Assembly: GCA_964546795.1 (NCBI GenBank)
Contig: CAZJKG010000002.1
Span: forward strand, 6,307-70,306
Reading direction: 5' to 3'
From: an uncultured Candidatus Saccharibacteria bacterium
GTDB taxonomy: Bacteria; Patescibacteriota; Minisyncoccia; Phycocordibacterales; Phycocordibacteraceae
DNA length: 64,000 nucleotides
Shown here: in pieces, positions 1 to 10,154 of the stretch
Layout of the letters: each line of letters begins with the position of its first letter
Position numbering within the stretch: position 1 is the first letter of the stretch
Program-made: the position numbers and the translations under genes
Notes under the pieces: generated by a model
The model's input: the letters and a program-made list of their open reading frames with translations, nothing else
What the model was told of the DNA's origin: nothing
Database searches by the model: none

Positions 1-331
1 AAAGGTCTGGTTAATTAATGAACCAATTGTAGATATGGATATAAATGAACTTCTTTGGCATTTTGCTATTCCTTTTTGGGAAGCACAAGATACAGATGAT
101 TATAATTTAACGCCATGGGAATTTATTAAAGATACGCAAAAACATACTGATCATAATCAGAAAATCAAAAAAGCTAATCTCGCGTTTCCGATTGATATTA
201 TGGAAAATAAGGGACGCTGGCTTATTCTTGATGGTTTACACCGCTTAATGAAGGCATATCAACAGGGCCTTCATAAAGTACGTGTCAGAAAAATCCCACG
301 TTCACGTATATCAGAGATAATTAAAAACTAA
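1..331 (+). CDS. ParB/Srx N-terminal-like domain protein, probably truncated by the window edge
   Basis: PIDI...LILDGLHRL motif typical of ParB-N folds. The frame is open upstream of ATG35 back to the window start. AT-rich. Confidence 0.6.
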   Translation, partial: KVWLINEPIVDMDINELLWHFAIPFWEAQDTDDYNLTPWEFIKDTQKHTDHNQKIKKANLAFPIDIMENKGRWLILDGLHRLMKAYQQGLHKVRVRKIPRSRISEIIKN

Positions 332-2394
332 GAACCAGAAAGCGGTTTGCGAGCGCGGGGCTTACGGGCCTTTGGTCCGGTGCCTTCCAGTTTGTATATC
401 TCGTCGCGGATGAGCGCGGCGGTTTCAAAATCAAGTTTTTCTACCGCCTCTTCCATCTCTTCTCGCTTTCGCTTGATGAACGCTTGAGGGTCGTCCTTGT
501 ACGCGAGCGTATCCAAGACGAGGAGTTCATCAATCGTGCGTTGATGCTCTGTGCGCATGGATGCGGCGATGTCATGGATCTCTTTCTTTATTGTTTTCGG
601 AGTGATGCTGTGCTTCTTGTTGTAGGCGACCTGGAGGGTGCGGCGGCGATTCGTCTCGCCGATGGCTCTTTCGAGCGAACCAGTCATGGAGTCGGCATAG
701 AGAATGACACGTCCGAGCACGTTGCGTGCCGCGCGTCCGATGGTTTGTATCAAACTGGTCTCGGAGCGCAGGAATCCCTCTTTGTCGGCGTCCAAGATGC
801 CGATAAGTTCAACTTCAGGCAGGTCTAGTCCCTCGCGCAAGAGATTAACGCCGACCAAGATGTCGAACTTCCCTCTGCGGAAATTGCTGAGGATATCAAT
901 GCGGTCAATCGTCTTCACATCCGAGTGGAGATATTCGGCCTTTATGCCGCGCTCCCGAAAGAATGCGGAAAGATCTTCCGCCATCCGTTTGGTAAGCGTC
1001 GTCGCAAGTGCGCGGCCACTGCGTTTGATGACCGTCTCTGCCTCACTGATGAAATCGGCAATCTGTCCTTTATACGTTCCTGTTTCGCTCACGGCGCGGA
1101 CGACAAGCTCGGGGTCAATGAGGCCGGTCGGGCGGATGACTTGCTCCACTATCTGCTCGGAATGCTTGCGTTCGTAGGGTCCCGGCGTCGCACTCGTATA
1201 CAATACTTGTCCGACGCGCTCCTCGAACTCTTCAAACCGGAGCGGGCGGTTGTCGCGCGCCGAAGGGAGACGGAAACCGTACTCAACAAGCACATCCTTG
1301 CGCGACTTGTCGCCCGCATACATGCCGCCTATCTGTGGAACAGTAACGTGCGATTCATCAATGACGGTAAGGAAGTTTGCAGAGCCGTCTTTCTTATGCG
1401 GGAAATAAGAAAGAAGCGTATGCGGCGGCTCCCCCGGCGCGCGCCCGTCGAAGTGGCGCGAATAATTCTCAATGCCGCTCGTATAGCCAAGTTCCTTGAT
1501 GAGCGCAAGGTCGTGGAGCGTGCGGCGCTTCAGTCGCTCGGCCTCCAAGGGCTTCTCCTCGCGCTTAAATTTCGCGAGCTGTTCTTCCAATTCAAGTTTG
1601 ATATCGATAATTGCGCGCTCGCGCTCCTCTTCACTCGTGATGAAGTGCTTCGCCGGAAAGACAAAGAGTGATTTCGGTTCTTTGACTTTCGCGCGCGAGA
1701 CCGGGTCAAGCTGATCAATATGGGCGATGTCGTCGCCATCGAACGTAACGCGATAGATTGCGCGTTCGTTGACAGGCATGAATTCAAGCGAATTCCCGAT
1801 GGCGCGCAGTTGCCCGGGGTTGAGGTCGGCATTCGTTCGCTCAAAATAAATTCCCACGAGTTTTCTGATGAGTCCTCCCCTGCCTCCTGCTACTGTCTCC
1901 TGCTTCTGAATTTTGACATGCACTTTCTCATATTCCTCCGGCGAGCCAAGGCCATAGATGGCGGAGACCGATGCGACGATGATGACATCCTTGCGCGTGA
2001 GGAGCGCTTGCGTCGCAGCGTGCCGCAAACGGTCTATCTCTGCATTTATCATCGCTTCTTTCTCGATGTACGTATCTGAGTGCGCGATGTACGCTTCTGG
2101 CTGATAATAGTCGTAATAGGAAACGAAATAATGTACGGCATTCTCGGGAAAAAATTCCCGATATTCTTGCGCAAGCTGCGCCGCAAGTGTCTTGTTATGA
2201 GCGAGCACAAGCGTCGGTTTGTCGTGCGAAGCTATGACATTCGCTACGGTAAACGTCTTTCCGCTTCCGGTCACGCCAAAAAGAGTCTGGTGCCGCAAAC
2301 CGCGCTCGAGACCCTGCGCAAGCGCCTTGATGGCCTCGGGCTGATCCCCCGCAGGAAGAAATGGGGTGTGTAGTTTGAAATCGCTCTTGTTCAT
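328..2394 (-). CDS. uvrB: Excinuclease ABC subunit B
   Basis: PAGDQPEAI, GVTGSGKT, YYDYYQPEAY, DESH, GVNLLREGLD, QTIGRAAR and C-terminal UVR motif (FETAALIRD). Confidence 0.98.
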   Translation of the reverse strand: MNKSDFKLHTPFLPAGDQPEAIKALAQGLERGLRHQTLFGVTGSGKTFTVANVIASHDKPTLVLAHNKTLAAQLAQEYREFFPENAVHYFVSYYDYYQPEAYIAHSDTYIEKEAMINAEIDRLRHAATQALLTRKDVIIVASVSAIYGLGSPEEYEKVHVKIQKQETVAGGRGGLIRKLVGIYFERTNADLNPGQLRAIGNSLEFMPVNERAIYRVTFDGDDIAHIDQLDPVSRAKVKEPKSLFVFPAKHFITSEEERERAIIDIKLELEEQLAKFKREEKPLEAERLKRRTLHDLALIKELGYTSGIENYSRHFDGRAPGEPPHTLLSYFPHKKDGSANFLTVIDESHVTVPQIGGMYAGDKSRKDVLVEYGFRLPSARDNRPLRFEEFEERVGQVLYTSATPGPYERKHSEQIVEQVIRPTGLIDPELVVRAVSETGTYKGQIADFISEAETVIKRSGRALATTLTKRMAEDLSAFFRERGIKAEYLHSDVKTIDRIDILSNFRRGKFDILVGVNLLREGLDLPEVELIGILDADKEGFLRSETSLIQTIGRAARNVLGRVILYADSMTGSLERAIGETNRRRTLQVAYNKKHSITPKTIKKEIHDIAASMRTEHQRTIDELLVLDTLAYKDDPQAFIKRKREEMEEAVEKLDFETAALIRDEIYKLEGTGPKARKPRARKPLSGS

Positions 2395-2489
2395 AAGCGC
2401 GTCATTCTATCACTTCTTGCCCGTGAGATGCCGCTTCGGCTATCTCACCGGGGTCCCCCGCCGGAGGCCATGGTGTATGGAGCTTGAAA

Positions 2490-3704
2490 TTAGCCACGGT
2501 ATTCACGAAGGAATTCTGCACGATACTCATCAAATCGTCCATCGAGGATGGCCTGCCGCGCTCCGGAGACGAGGTTCAAAATGAAGCCAACGTTATGCAT
2601 GGAGGCGATGATGGCTCCAAGCATTTCCCCTGAACGCAACAGATGCGCCACATACGCCCGTGTGAAATGTGGACTTCGTAAGTCCACATGTTCCTCAAGT
2701 GAGGTGAAGTCGGTGCGATATTTTTCATTCTTTAAGTGAATGAGACCATGCTTTGTGTAGATGGAGCCATGGCGGCCGAGGCGTGTTGCAGCGACACAGT
2801 CAAAAAGGTCCATGCCATTCGCGATACCTTCCAGAATGTCGCCCGGCTCGCCGATGCCGAGAAAATGCCGTGGCAACTCTTCGGGAAGTTCCTCTATCGC
2901 AGCAATAAGTGCGCCGCGCATATCCTCCTTGGAGAAGGAACCGCCGATGCCGATGCCGTCAAAGCCGAGCGAGGATATCTCACGCGCTGATTCTTTGCGC
3001 AGATCCTCATGTCGACCTCCCTGCACGATACCGAATAGTGCCTGCCGCTTGTTCGCGTCCATATTTTGCCGGTGCGCTGTAAGGGAGCGCGCCGCCCAAC
3101 GATGCGTACGCTCCATCGCCTCCCGCTGATACTCATAGGGAGCTGTCGGCGAGGTACATTCGTCAAACGCAAAGAACATATCCGCGCCAAGCGCGTGCTG
3201 GATCTCTACCGAACGCTCGGGCGTGAAGCGGTGCAACGAGCCGTCGAGATGCGAAGTGAAAGAAACTCCCTCGTCATCAATGACCGCAAGCTGTCCATGC
3301 TGGCTAAGAACATCTTCATCATACACTGCGACCGACTCTTCTTTGGAAGCATTCTCTTTGATGAATTTGGAGATGGTCTTCCCGAACGCGGCGCCAAGCG
3401 AAAAAACCTGAAAACCGCCGGAGTCAGTCATGGTAGGGCCATCCCAGCCCATGAATGTTCCGAGACCGCCGGCCCCTTGCACGACTTTTTCGCCCGGTTG
3501 AAGATAGAGATGGTAGGTGTTCGCAAGTACGACTTCGGCGCCGAGCCGCTTCAATTGTTCGGGAAGAATGCCTTTTACATTTGCTTTGGTACCCACCGGC
3601 GCAAAAGCGGGTGTGTGAATATCGCCGTGAGACGTAGCGAGTACGCCCGCACGCGCGGCGCTTCGCGCCGCGCGCTTCTCTATTTTAAAATCAATCGCAC
3701 TCAT
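2490..3704 (-). CDS. tgt: Queuine tRNA-ribosyltransferase
   Basis: TPAFAPVGT, LANTYHL, TDSGGFQVFSL, GIVQGG, DLFDCV. The Zn-binding CxCxxC motif is absent (see findings). Confidence 0.96.
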   Translation of the reverse strand: MSAIDFKIEKRAARSAARAGVLATSHGDIHTPAFAPVGTKANVKGILPEQLKRLGAEVVLANTYHLYLQPGEKVVQGAGGLGTFMGWDGPTMTDSGGFQVFSLGAAFGKTISKFIKENASKEESVAVYDEDVLSQHGQLAVIDDEGVSFTSHLDGSLHRFTPERSVEIQHALGADMFFAFDECTSPTAPYEYQREAMERTHRWAARSLTAHRQNMDANKRQALFGIVQGGRHEDLRKESAREISSLGFDGIGIGGSFSKEDMRGALIAAIEELPEELPRHFLGIGEPGDILEGIANGMDLFDCVAATRLGRHGSIYTKHGLIHLKNEKYRTDFTSLEEHVDLRSPHFTRAYVAHLLRSGEMLGAIIASMHNVGFILNLVSGARQAILDGRFDEYRAEFLREYRG

Positions 3705-3843
3705 TATGCTCTACCTTATCGTGTTTTGTATGGCTTGACAAACTAGAATAATTGAGTATCCTTACACTCGGATAGATGTTTGCATTTCAACCAACAAATA
3801 TAATCGGCTCGTTGCGAGCCATCTTAAAGAAAGGGGGTGTTCC

Positions 3844-4380
3844 ATGACGCGGAAGTTGTACATGCTTGCCATTATGGCGATGCTCACGTTCACTGCGTGT
3901 ATCGGTCCAGGGCCGAGAGAGGAAGTTCGACTCAAGATGCCCGATGGCGAGACGGCGACCATCTTCGCTCACAATCAGCAAGTCCCGGACTGGATGTTGG
4001 ACCGGGAAAAGATGGCAATCAATTTCGTGCTCAAAGGCAGTGTGAGCAAAAAACAGCTTGCCGCCGTCGCTGAAACCGAACGCGCCTGCCGGCTCTATAC
4101 CGGTGTGGTCCGTCCGAACAACCTGGTCGCCGTGCTTTCCAGTGGCGTGCTCTACGCCGCCGCGGGAGCTCTTGGTGGGGGACTTGGTTCAATGGCAATT
4201 ACCGGAGCCGTTGCAAGCGAGTACGCCCAGTACAGTGCATCAGCGCTTGGAAGCGCTGGCCTTGCGAACGGTATCATCACTCTCGGAGGTCAGACCTATA
4301 CTTTCGAGAACTGTAGCCGGGAAGTGCTCGGCCTGTTCCCGAACTACAAGGTGCGAGTGTTGCAAAAGAGCCCGTACTGA
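3844..4380 (+). CDS. Hypothetical lipoprotein with glycine-zipper-like segment
   Basis: Lipobox-like FTAC after a hydrophobic leader; AAAGALGGGLG segment; own promoter, SD and terminator. Confidence 0.7.
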   Translation: MTRKLYMLAIMAMLTFTACIGPGPREEVRLKMPDGETATIFAHNQQVPDWMLDREKMAINFVLKGSVSKKQLAAVAETERACRLYTGVVRPNNLVAVLSSGVLYAAAGALGGGLGSMAITGAVASEYAQYSASALGSAGLANGIITLGGQTYTFENCSREVLGLFPNYKVRVLQKSPY

Positions 4381-4401
4381 GAGATGATCTTTCTGAAAAC
4401 A

Positions 4402-4433
4402 AATGGGCGCGAACCGCAAGGTTCGCGCCCATT
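4402..4433. terminator. Intrinsic terminator (probably bidirectional)
   Basis: AATGGGCGCGAACC-GCAA-GGTTCGCGCCCATT perfect stem between convergent genes. Confidence 0.75.
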
Positions 4434-4452
4434 AACATTTTCTGTTTCTGTA

Positions 4453-4977
4453 TTAACGAGTCGGTTTCTGGACTTTCAAGAGTTCAACCTGGAAAACGAG
4501 TGTTGCGTTCGCGGGGATGACAGGACCAACTGCCTGGTCGCCGTACGCAAGCGGCGCGGGAATAACGAGTGTGCGCTTTCCGCCTACTTTCATACCGACG
4601 ATTCCGAGATCCCAACCCTGGATAACCTGCCCCGCACCAAGATTGAATGTGAAGCCCTCGGAGCCATGATTGGCGGAAGCGTCAAAGACGGTGCCGTCGG
4701 TGAGCGAGCCGACATAGTTCAGAGTCACCGTGTCGCCCGTCTCAGCAACGGCGCCGGTACCAATAACATCATCAGTCGTCTGGAGTTGTGTGGCATCGAT
4801 AGGCATAGTGGTGGATGTAGGTTGATATTGGGTAGCACCTTGTAATGCTTGATCTTGCTCTATCGTCCCTATTGGTGCCGACGATTGATTAAAAGGCGAG
4901 AAATCCTGAGAGAAGAAGAGTATGGCGACCACCACAAGTGCGAGCGCCACGGCGATACCTGTCTGGGTTGGTTTCAT
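4453..4977 (-). CDS. FKBP-type peptidyl-prolyl isomerase, membrane-anchored
   Basis: YVGSLTDGTVFDAS, LGAGQVIQGWDLG, IPAPLAYG, IPANATLVFQVEL; N-terminal TM helix. Confidence 0.95.
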   Translation of the reverse strand: MKPTQTGIAVALALVVVAILFFSQDFSPFNQSSAPIGTIEQDQALQGATQYQPTSTTMPIDATQLQTTDDVIGTGAVAETGDTVTLNYVGSLTDGTVFDASANHGSEGFTFNLGAGQVIQGWDLGIVGMKVGGKRTLVIPAPLAYGDQAVGPVIPANATLVFQVELLKVQKPTR

Positions 4978-5019
4978 ATGCTGAAATTAAATATAAGATG
5001 AGTATGTCGTAAGTATATA

Positions 5020-5328
5020 CTACGGGGCTTGGAAGGATTTAAAGCGTTTGACCTCTTCGGCAACGGCCTGCTTCGCTATCGCCTCATGGGTGGGAACCTC
5101 GCGATCAAGGAATGTTCTGAGTGACGCCGCGTCGCCCGCTTCCGAGAGCTTCACGAATTCTTCCTGCTTCCCGCCTTCAAGTTTTCCCACGACCGCAAGC
5201 GTCGCGGCCTTGAGAGCCACTTCGCCGAACTGCGCGATGAGCGCCTGCTGCTCCTCGGACGGAAGATCCGCAATACCGAGATCGGTAGCAATCGCAGCTG
5301 TTACTTCATCGGGCATAGGTGACATCAT
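5020..5328 (-). CDS. Small helical protein (DUF5663-like)
   Basis: DLGIADLPSEEQQALIAQFGEV pattern resembling the CPR DUF5663 family (recognised from memory). Confidence 0.6.
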   Translation of the reverse strand: MMSPMPDEVTAAIATDLGIADLPSEEQQALIAQFGEVALKAATLAVVGKLEGGKQEEFVKLSEAGDAASLRTFLDREVPTHEAIAKQAVAEEVKRFKSFQAP

Positions 5329-5336
5329 AGCATAGG

Positions 5337-7352
5337 TTATTTTATAAGTGCCTTAAATTCATCCGGTTCCGGTGCTTTCATAAAGGATTTGAAGAAACCA
5401 AAGAAACCGCTTGTTTGCACCGGTGCCCCAGGAGTCATCTCGCCTCCAACGAGATGCCAAGGAATACGGTATTTTCCATCACTATCAGTACCATAGATGA
5501 TGCTTTTCGGATGTTCCGCGAGATATTTCTGAATTAAAGAACCCTGATCTGCGAAGGAGCCACCATGAATGAATAGGTGTTTGACTCCCGGATCAGTATA
5601 AATGTGAGGATTGTCGATTGATATCGCGAGGCCAGAATTATTTACGATAATATCCTCGCCGCGTATGCTTCCTACAGGAAATTCTGACTCACTGGTGACG
5701 GTAGTTGGAGGCGCTGTAATGGATTCTGGTGCTGGAGGCGAAATTGAATCTGTTGTATTTAATTTTTCCTTGAGCCAATCTGAAAATTCTTCGAAAAGAC
5801 CTTTTTCTTGGGGAGGTCCGGGAGGCCATGCACCTATTTCTCTCGGATCGCGTATTCCTTTCTTTATTAGGTCATCATAATCCTTTGCTTCTTGCTCGGA
5901 CGCAAATGAATGTCCATTGGCGTCGCGTCCGAATGGGGCCTCCGGACTTACTTTCCCGGCCCCTTGAGCTTCTGGACCTTCGTCTATTTTCTCTGCCCCC
6001 GACGTGTCCCCTTCTATATTCTGCTGACCAGTTATTTCTCCCGTGTTCTTTGGAACATTTTGTTGTAAATTCTCCTGCACTATTTCGGCCCTCAATGCTT
6101 CATCTGCCTTGAAATCTGGATTTTCCAATTTGGCCCTGAATCTGTCCGCTTCGATTTTATTCAAAGCATCGTTCAGTTCCTGGTGTGCATTAAGATCGGC
6201 ATTCACTTCAGCTTTCAGTTCTTCCAGACCTTTAGCTTCAGAGGAAACCGTCTCATTTTCAACCGGAGAAATATCGTTACCGTAATCAGTCACCGCCTTG
6301 TCGATAGTGACTTGCTGTTCAGAAGCTAATTTTTGAGCTTCATCCAGAGTTTGCTTAACATCGGCAAACGCGCGATCTGTCGCAACTCGTGCTTCTGCCA
6401 ATTCGACGGCTGATGTATCGGGAGTGGACATTTCCGGCGTTGGTGTTTCCGCCGGCGCGGGAGCCGGTGATGTGTCAGGAATTCTTGGCTTTGTGAGTCC
6501 GGTATCTATTGGAGGAGCATCGGGCCCAAGTATGTTGCCAAGCCATTCATTCACCTTGAGCGTATTCAGAACTTCAACACCTTCGTGAACGACGAGTGCT
6601 GTACCTCCCATATATACTGCGGTGAGTATGGTCGCATACGTATTTTTGACTCGTTCCGACTTTCCTGCGAGCCAATAATCCTCTTTCGCTGCTATTTTTG
6701 CATCAAGCTTTTTCCGCTGGTTCATCGCGAAACCAATGCCGCCAAGCGCTCGCTGTCCGTACAACGCCACACTTAATATTCCGGAGAGAGTAGGTAACGT
6801 TATTGACGTAAGAGAAACACCAACAACGAGCGCGCTAGTGATGGTAAGTTTTGTCCTCCAATCCAACTTATTATATCGCTCGCTAGTAGCACCAATAAAT
6901 CCCGCCACTTTGGGACCATATTCTTTCGCCTTTTCCTGTAGACCATTTGAGCGCTCTGCAAGATATGCTTTTAAACGTTCGGTACGCTCTCCCATTTTAA
7001 GATGCTCTTTTGCACTCCCGGAAAATCCACTCAATTTCTCGCTCCACTCTTCTATCTTCGTGCCAACATCCTTGGAACGTTCTGAGAGATATTTCTTCAA
7101 ACCCTCAATTCGTAAAAGTCCCTCTTGCTTAGCTGTTTCGTAACGCTCTGTCGCACCCTCGATGAGCACACGCAATTTGTTGAGATGTTCTCTACGCGTA
7201 CTATCGTCGCTCTGAACTTTTTGTGGGCGTTCTAACTCAGGTACTCGCGGTTCTGAACCGATTATTCCTGCGAGATGGCGTGCGGCAAGCTTGTAATCGA
7301 TTTCTTCTTTTTTAGAATCTTTTTCTGGAGGTGGAAACCCAGGTTCTTTCAT
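5337..7352 (-). CDS. Large hypothetical membrane-associated coiled-coil protein
   Basis: 671-aa ORF starting 4 nt after the ATPase stop; charged N-terminus, hydrophobic hairpin, Pro/acidic linker; AT-richer than its neighbours. Confidence 0.8.
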   Translation of the reverse strand: MKEPGFPPPEKDSKKEEIDYKLAARHLAGIIGSEPRVPELERPQKVQSDDSTRREHLNKLRVLIEGATERYETAKQEGLLRIEGLKKYLSERSKDVGTKIEEWSEKLSGFSGSAKEHLKMGERTERLKAYLAERSNGLQEKAKEYGPKVAGFIGATSERYNKLDWRTKLTITSALVVGVSLTSITLPTLSGILSVALYGQRALGGIGFAMNQRKKLDAKIAAKEDYWLAGKSERVKNTYATILTAVYMGGTALVVHEGVEVLNTLKVNEWLGNILGPDAPPIDTGLTKPRIPDTSPAPAPAETPTPEMSTPDTSAVELAEARVATDRAFADVKQTLDEAQKLASEQQVTIDKAVTDYGNDISPVENETVSSEAKGLEELKAEVNADLNAHQELNDALNKIEADRFRAKLENPDFKADEALRAEIVQENLQQNVPKNTGEITGQQNIEGDTSGAEKIDEGPEAQGAGKVSPEAPFGRDANGHSFASEQEAKDYDDLIKKGIRDPREIGAWPPGPPQEKGLFEEFSDWLKEKLNTTDSISPPAPESITAPPTTVTSESEFPVGSIRGEDIIVNNSGLAISIDNPHIYTDPGVKHLFIHGGSFADQGSLIQKYLAEHPKSIIYGTDSDGKYRIPWHLVGGEMTPGAPVQTSGFFGFFKSFMKAPEPDEFKALIK

Positions 7353-7356
7353 AGGG

Positions 7357-10131
7357 TTAGTGCGAGAGATAGCGCTCCCGAATCATGTTCTCAACTGTAG
7401 CACGGTCGCGACCATACGTGAGTGTGGAGAGTTGCATAAGATCGTCTATCTGCGCCGGGGAACCAAGCGATAATTCCGGCGTCTTTATATCAAATGGCTT
7501 CTGCGGCACGCCGCCGGCAAGAATCCTCACGTAGGCGTTGCGATTCTCTATATTGACGAAATCAAGCGCTTCAAAGACCGGCGCAAACTGCTTGGCAAAA
7601 AACTCGGCGTCCTCCTCGCCGACACGAAAGACCGCCATGTTCCCTACGTTGCCGAATATCGCATCACGCGCTTTCTCCTCTATCTGGTTGAGGAACTGGT
7701 GCGCCACGGTGAGCGCGAGCTTGTACTTGCGCGCTTCGGAAAGAATGCCGGGTATGGAATCGGTGGTGACATTCTGGAATTCGTCGATATAAAGATAGAA
7801 GGGCGGATACGTCTTTTGCGGAGTGTCGGCTCGGGAGAGCGCCGCCATGAATATCTTCCCTACGAGGATAAGACCGAGAAGATTTGCGTTGCGCTCACCG
7901 AGGCGACCCTTGGAGAGATTAATGAGAAGAATTTTTTTTGTATCCATGACCTCGCGGAATTTAAACGATGATTCTTGCTGTCCAACGATGGGGCGGATGA
8001 AATCGTTAGCAGTGAAGTCGTCAAATTTATTGGTGATGTAGGGGACGATATTTTCAAGCGAGGCCTCGCCGCCGGCTTTCGTCGCTATCTCATTCCAGAA
8101 CTGGTTCACGATGGGGTTCATGCTCTTCGCAAGTTTCCCCCGCCGGAATTCGCTGTTGGCAAGCACGCGTGCGATATCAAGCATGGTTGAACCGCTCGCC
8201 GGATCCTCCATTACGAGCAAGGTTGCATTGCGGAAATATTGTTCAAAAGCCGGGCCCATACTCTCCGGCACGTCGCCGTAGAGACGGTGAAAAATGGCGA
8301 GCAGTTCGTTGACGATGAAGGTCTTCTGCTCTGGGTGCGAAAGGTCGTATTCTAAAAAGTTTAAACCGAAGGGGCGCGAGAGATCGGCAGGATCAAAATA
8401 GATGACGTCCTTATACCGTTCAGGCGGCACAGCGGCGAGAATATCCAAGATGTCGGAGCCATGTGGGTCTATAAAGCAGCACCCTTCTCCTCGTTTGATG
8501 TCCTGAATAATCATCGATTTCATCAGGCCGGTCTTCCCGGTACCGGTCTGACCGATGATATAGAGATGGCGCAGACGGTCTTCGGGGTCGAGATATACAT
8601 GCGTTTCCTGTCCGCGATAGGTATTGATGCCGAGGAGTACGCCCGTCTGCGGAAGCGAGAGTGGTGCGCTCGCATGGGTGAAGCGGGCTTGCTTCAGATG
8701 CGGCGAGGACTCAATGCCCGACGGCGGGAAGTGGTACATACTCGTCAGCTCCCGGAGCGACACGGGTAGAGCCGAGGAATCGGGCAGGCGGAAGGAGAAG
8801 TCGTTGAAGACGCTTTGCGCTTGCTTGCCGCTAGAGGGGCGCGTAAATACCAATCGGTTTCCCAATGTGTTCGTAAATTGATTGAATACCGCTTCAAGCT
8901 CGCCGAGCACTTGTCCTGCCTTACGCTCATCGCTGGAAGAAGCGATGAGCCGTATCGTCGCACCAACAATCGGCGCTGCGGTTTTTTTCTCAACCTGTTC
9001 TATATATATCTTGTTCGCCTCTATCTGGCGGGTCTCGGCCTCTTTCGCTTTCTGTTCGTCTTTCGGCTTGTTGGAGAAAAGCATCCGATTGATATCACGT
9101 GCAAATTCTCCGAGCGCTGTCTCCGGAGTGCTAAACGCCGAGAAATGTTTCTCTCCCTTGCGCAGGGCCTGAAGAATTTTGCGGTAATGCTTGACGTGTC
9201 GCTCGGCTCTCGGCTCGATGATGAACTGTATCGCGGCGCCTTCGCCCGTATGCTCTATTTTGGCGAAAGCATTCGTAATTGCGTTAATAGGGTCATAGTC
9301 AAAGTCGCTGTAATCCTTCAGCGGCAACGCGGGATTTTCGCCAAAGTGCGCAACCGAAGTGAGCGCCGTCCCACTCGGAGCAAAGACGTTGTAGTCGTAT
9401 GGTTGCTGTACAAGATGTGCATCGGGGAATATGGCAAGGAGTTGTTTTTCAAAGAGATTGCGTTTTCCGTTTGGCAGCGCCGCATAGAACTGGAGCTCTG
9501 GACTGTTTGCTGGCACCGCGAGCTCGAGCGCGTAGTAATGCGGCTCGCCAATCGCCGCGTCCTCGACCGATAAGAGTCCCGCATAGAATTGCTCCATGCC
9601 GGAAATGGTTTCCTTGAGCGTTTTCATGCGTCCGCCCGGTTCCGCACTTTTGGGCCCGGGAAGCGCGATCTCATACAGCGTCATCTGGAGCGCCTGAAAG
9701 CGGGGTGTTTTCTCGTCAATACCGGGCGCAAGAAGTCCCGCCGCGACATAGCGCACGAGATAGCGATGGAAATCGTCGGCGACATGTGGGTCATGGAGTT
9801 TTTCGAGTACCGAAAGTGCGTTCTTTATTCCCTTCTCTTCCATCGTCTGCTGCAAATTCTTTATCGCTTTTTCGCTCCCTCCGAGATTAAGTTCGGCGAG
9901 TATCGCGTCCGCCTCGCCGCGCTTCGTTACCTCGCTGATGCGATACTCAGGTACGAGTATGTCCTCCGGCGCAGCATGATGCTCCTTAATCTGTTCGGAA
10001 ATAATGCGAGTGCGCTCGAGCATGTTGGGCGCTTTCCCTTTTTCGGCAAGTTCCGCTTCTTTGCGCGTCACCTGCTCGCGCAAATACGCAAGCTCCTCCT
10101 CGGGCGTGGACAACTTCGGTGTCGATTCCAT
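7357..10131 (-). CDS. Type IV secretion coupling-protein-like ATPase (TrwB/VirD4/HerA-FtsK superfamily)
   Basis: RHLYIIGQTGTGKT (Walker A), FIDPHG, LYIDEFQN (Walker B), LSEARKY, AHQF. Start moved to ATG 10131, downstream of a TATACT box. Confidence 0.9.
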   Translation of the reverse strand: MESTPKLSTPEEELAYLREQVTRKEAELAEKGKAPNMLERTRIISEQIKEHHAAPEDILVPEYRISEVTKRGEADAILAELNLGGSEKAIKNLQQTMEEKGIKNALSVLEKLHDPHVADDFHRYLVRYVAAGLLAPGIDEKTPRFQALQMTLYEIALPGPKSAEPGGRMKTLKETISGMEQFYAGLLSVEDAAIGEPHYYALELAVPANSPELQFYAALPNGKRNLFEKQLLAIFPDAHLVQQPYDYNVFAPSGTALTSVAHFGENPALPLKDYSDFDYDPINAITNAFAKIEHTGEGAAIQFIIEPRAERHVKHYRKILQALRKGEKHFSAFSTPETALGEFARDINRMLFSNKPKDEQKAKEAETRQIEANKIYIEQVEKKTAAPIVGATIRLIASSSDERKAGQVLGELEAVFNQFTNTLGNRLVFTRPSSGKQAQSVFNDFSFRLPDSSALPVSLRELTSMYHFPPSGIESSPHLKQARFTHASAPLSLPQTGVLLGINTYRGQETHVYLDPEDRLRHLYIIGQTGTGKTGLMKSMIIQDIKRGEGCCFIDPHGSDILDILAAVPPERYKDVIYFDPADLSRPFGLNFLEYDLSHPEQKTFIVNELLAIFHRLYGDVPESMGPAFEQYFRNATLLVMEDPASGSTMLDIARVLANSEFRRGKLAKSMNPIVNQFWNEIATKAGGEASLENIVPYITNKFDDFTANDFIRPIVGQQESSFKFREVMDTKKILLINLSKGRLGERNANLLGLILVGKIFMAALSRADTPQKTYPPFYLYIDEFQNVTTDSIPGILSEARKYKLALTVAHQFLNQIEEKARDAIFGNVGNMAVFRVGEEDAEFFAKQFAPVFEALDFVNIENRNAYVRILAGGVPQKPFDIKTPELSLGSPAQIDDLMQLSTLTYGRDRATVENMIRERYLSH

Positions 10132-10138
10132 TTGTTCT

Positions 10139-10146
10139 AGTATACT
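10139..10146. promoter_or_regulatory. Palindromic AGTATACT providing a -10 box on both strands
   Basis: TATACT lies 8 nt before ATG10155 (+) and 7 nt before ATG10131 (-). Confidence 0.6.
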
Positions 10147-10154
10147 GCATCCGA

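Noticed and set aside
5337-10131. Conjugative element/ICE
   Set aside because: No relaxase, VirB4 cluster or integrase; the flanking genes look chromosomal.
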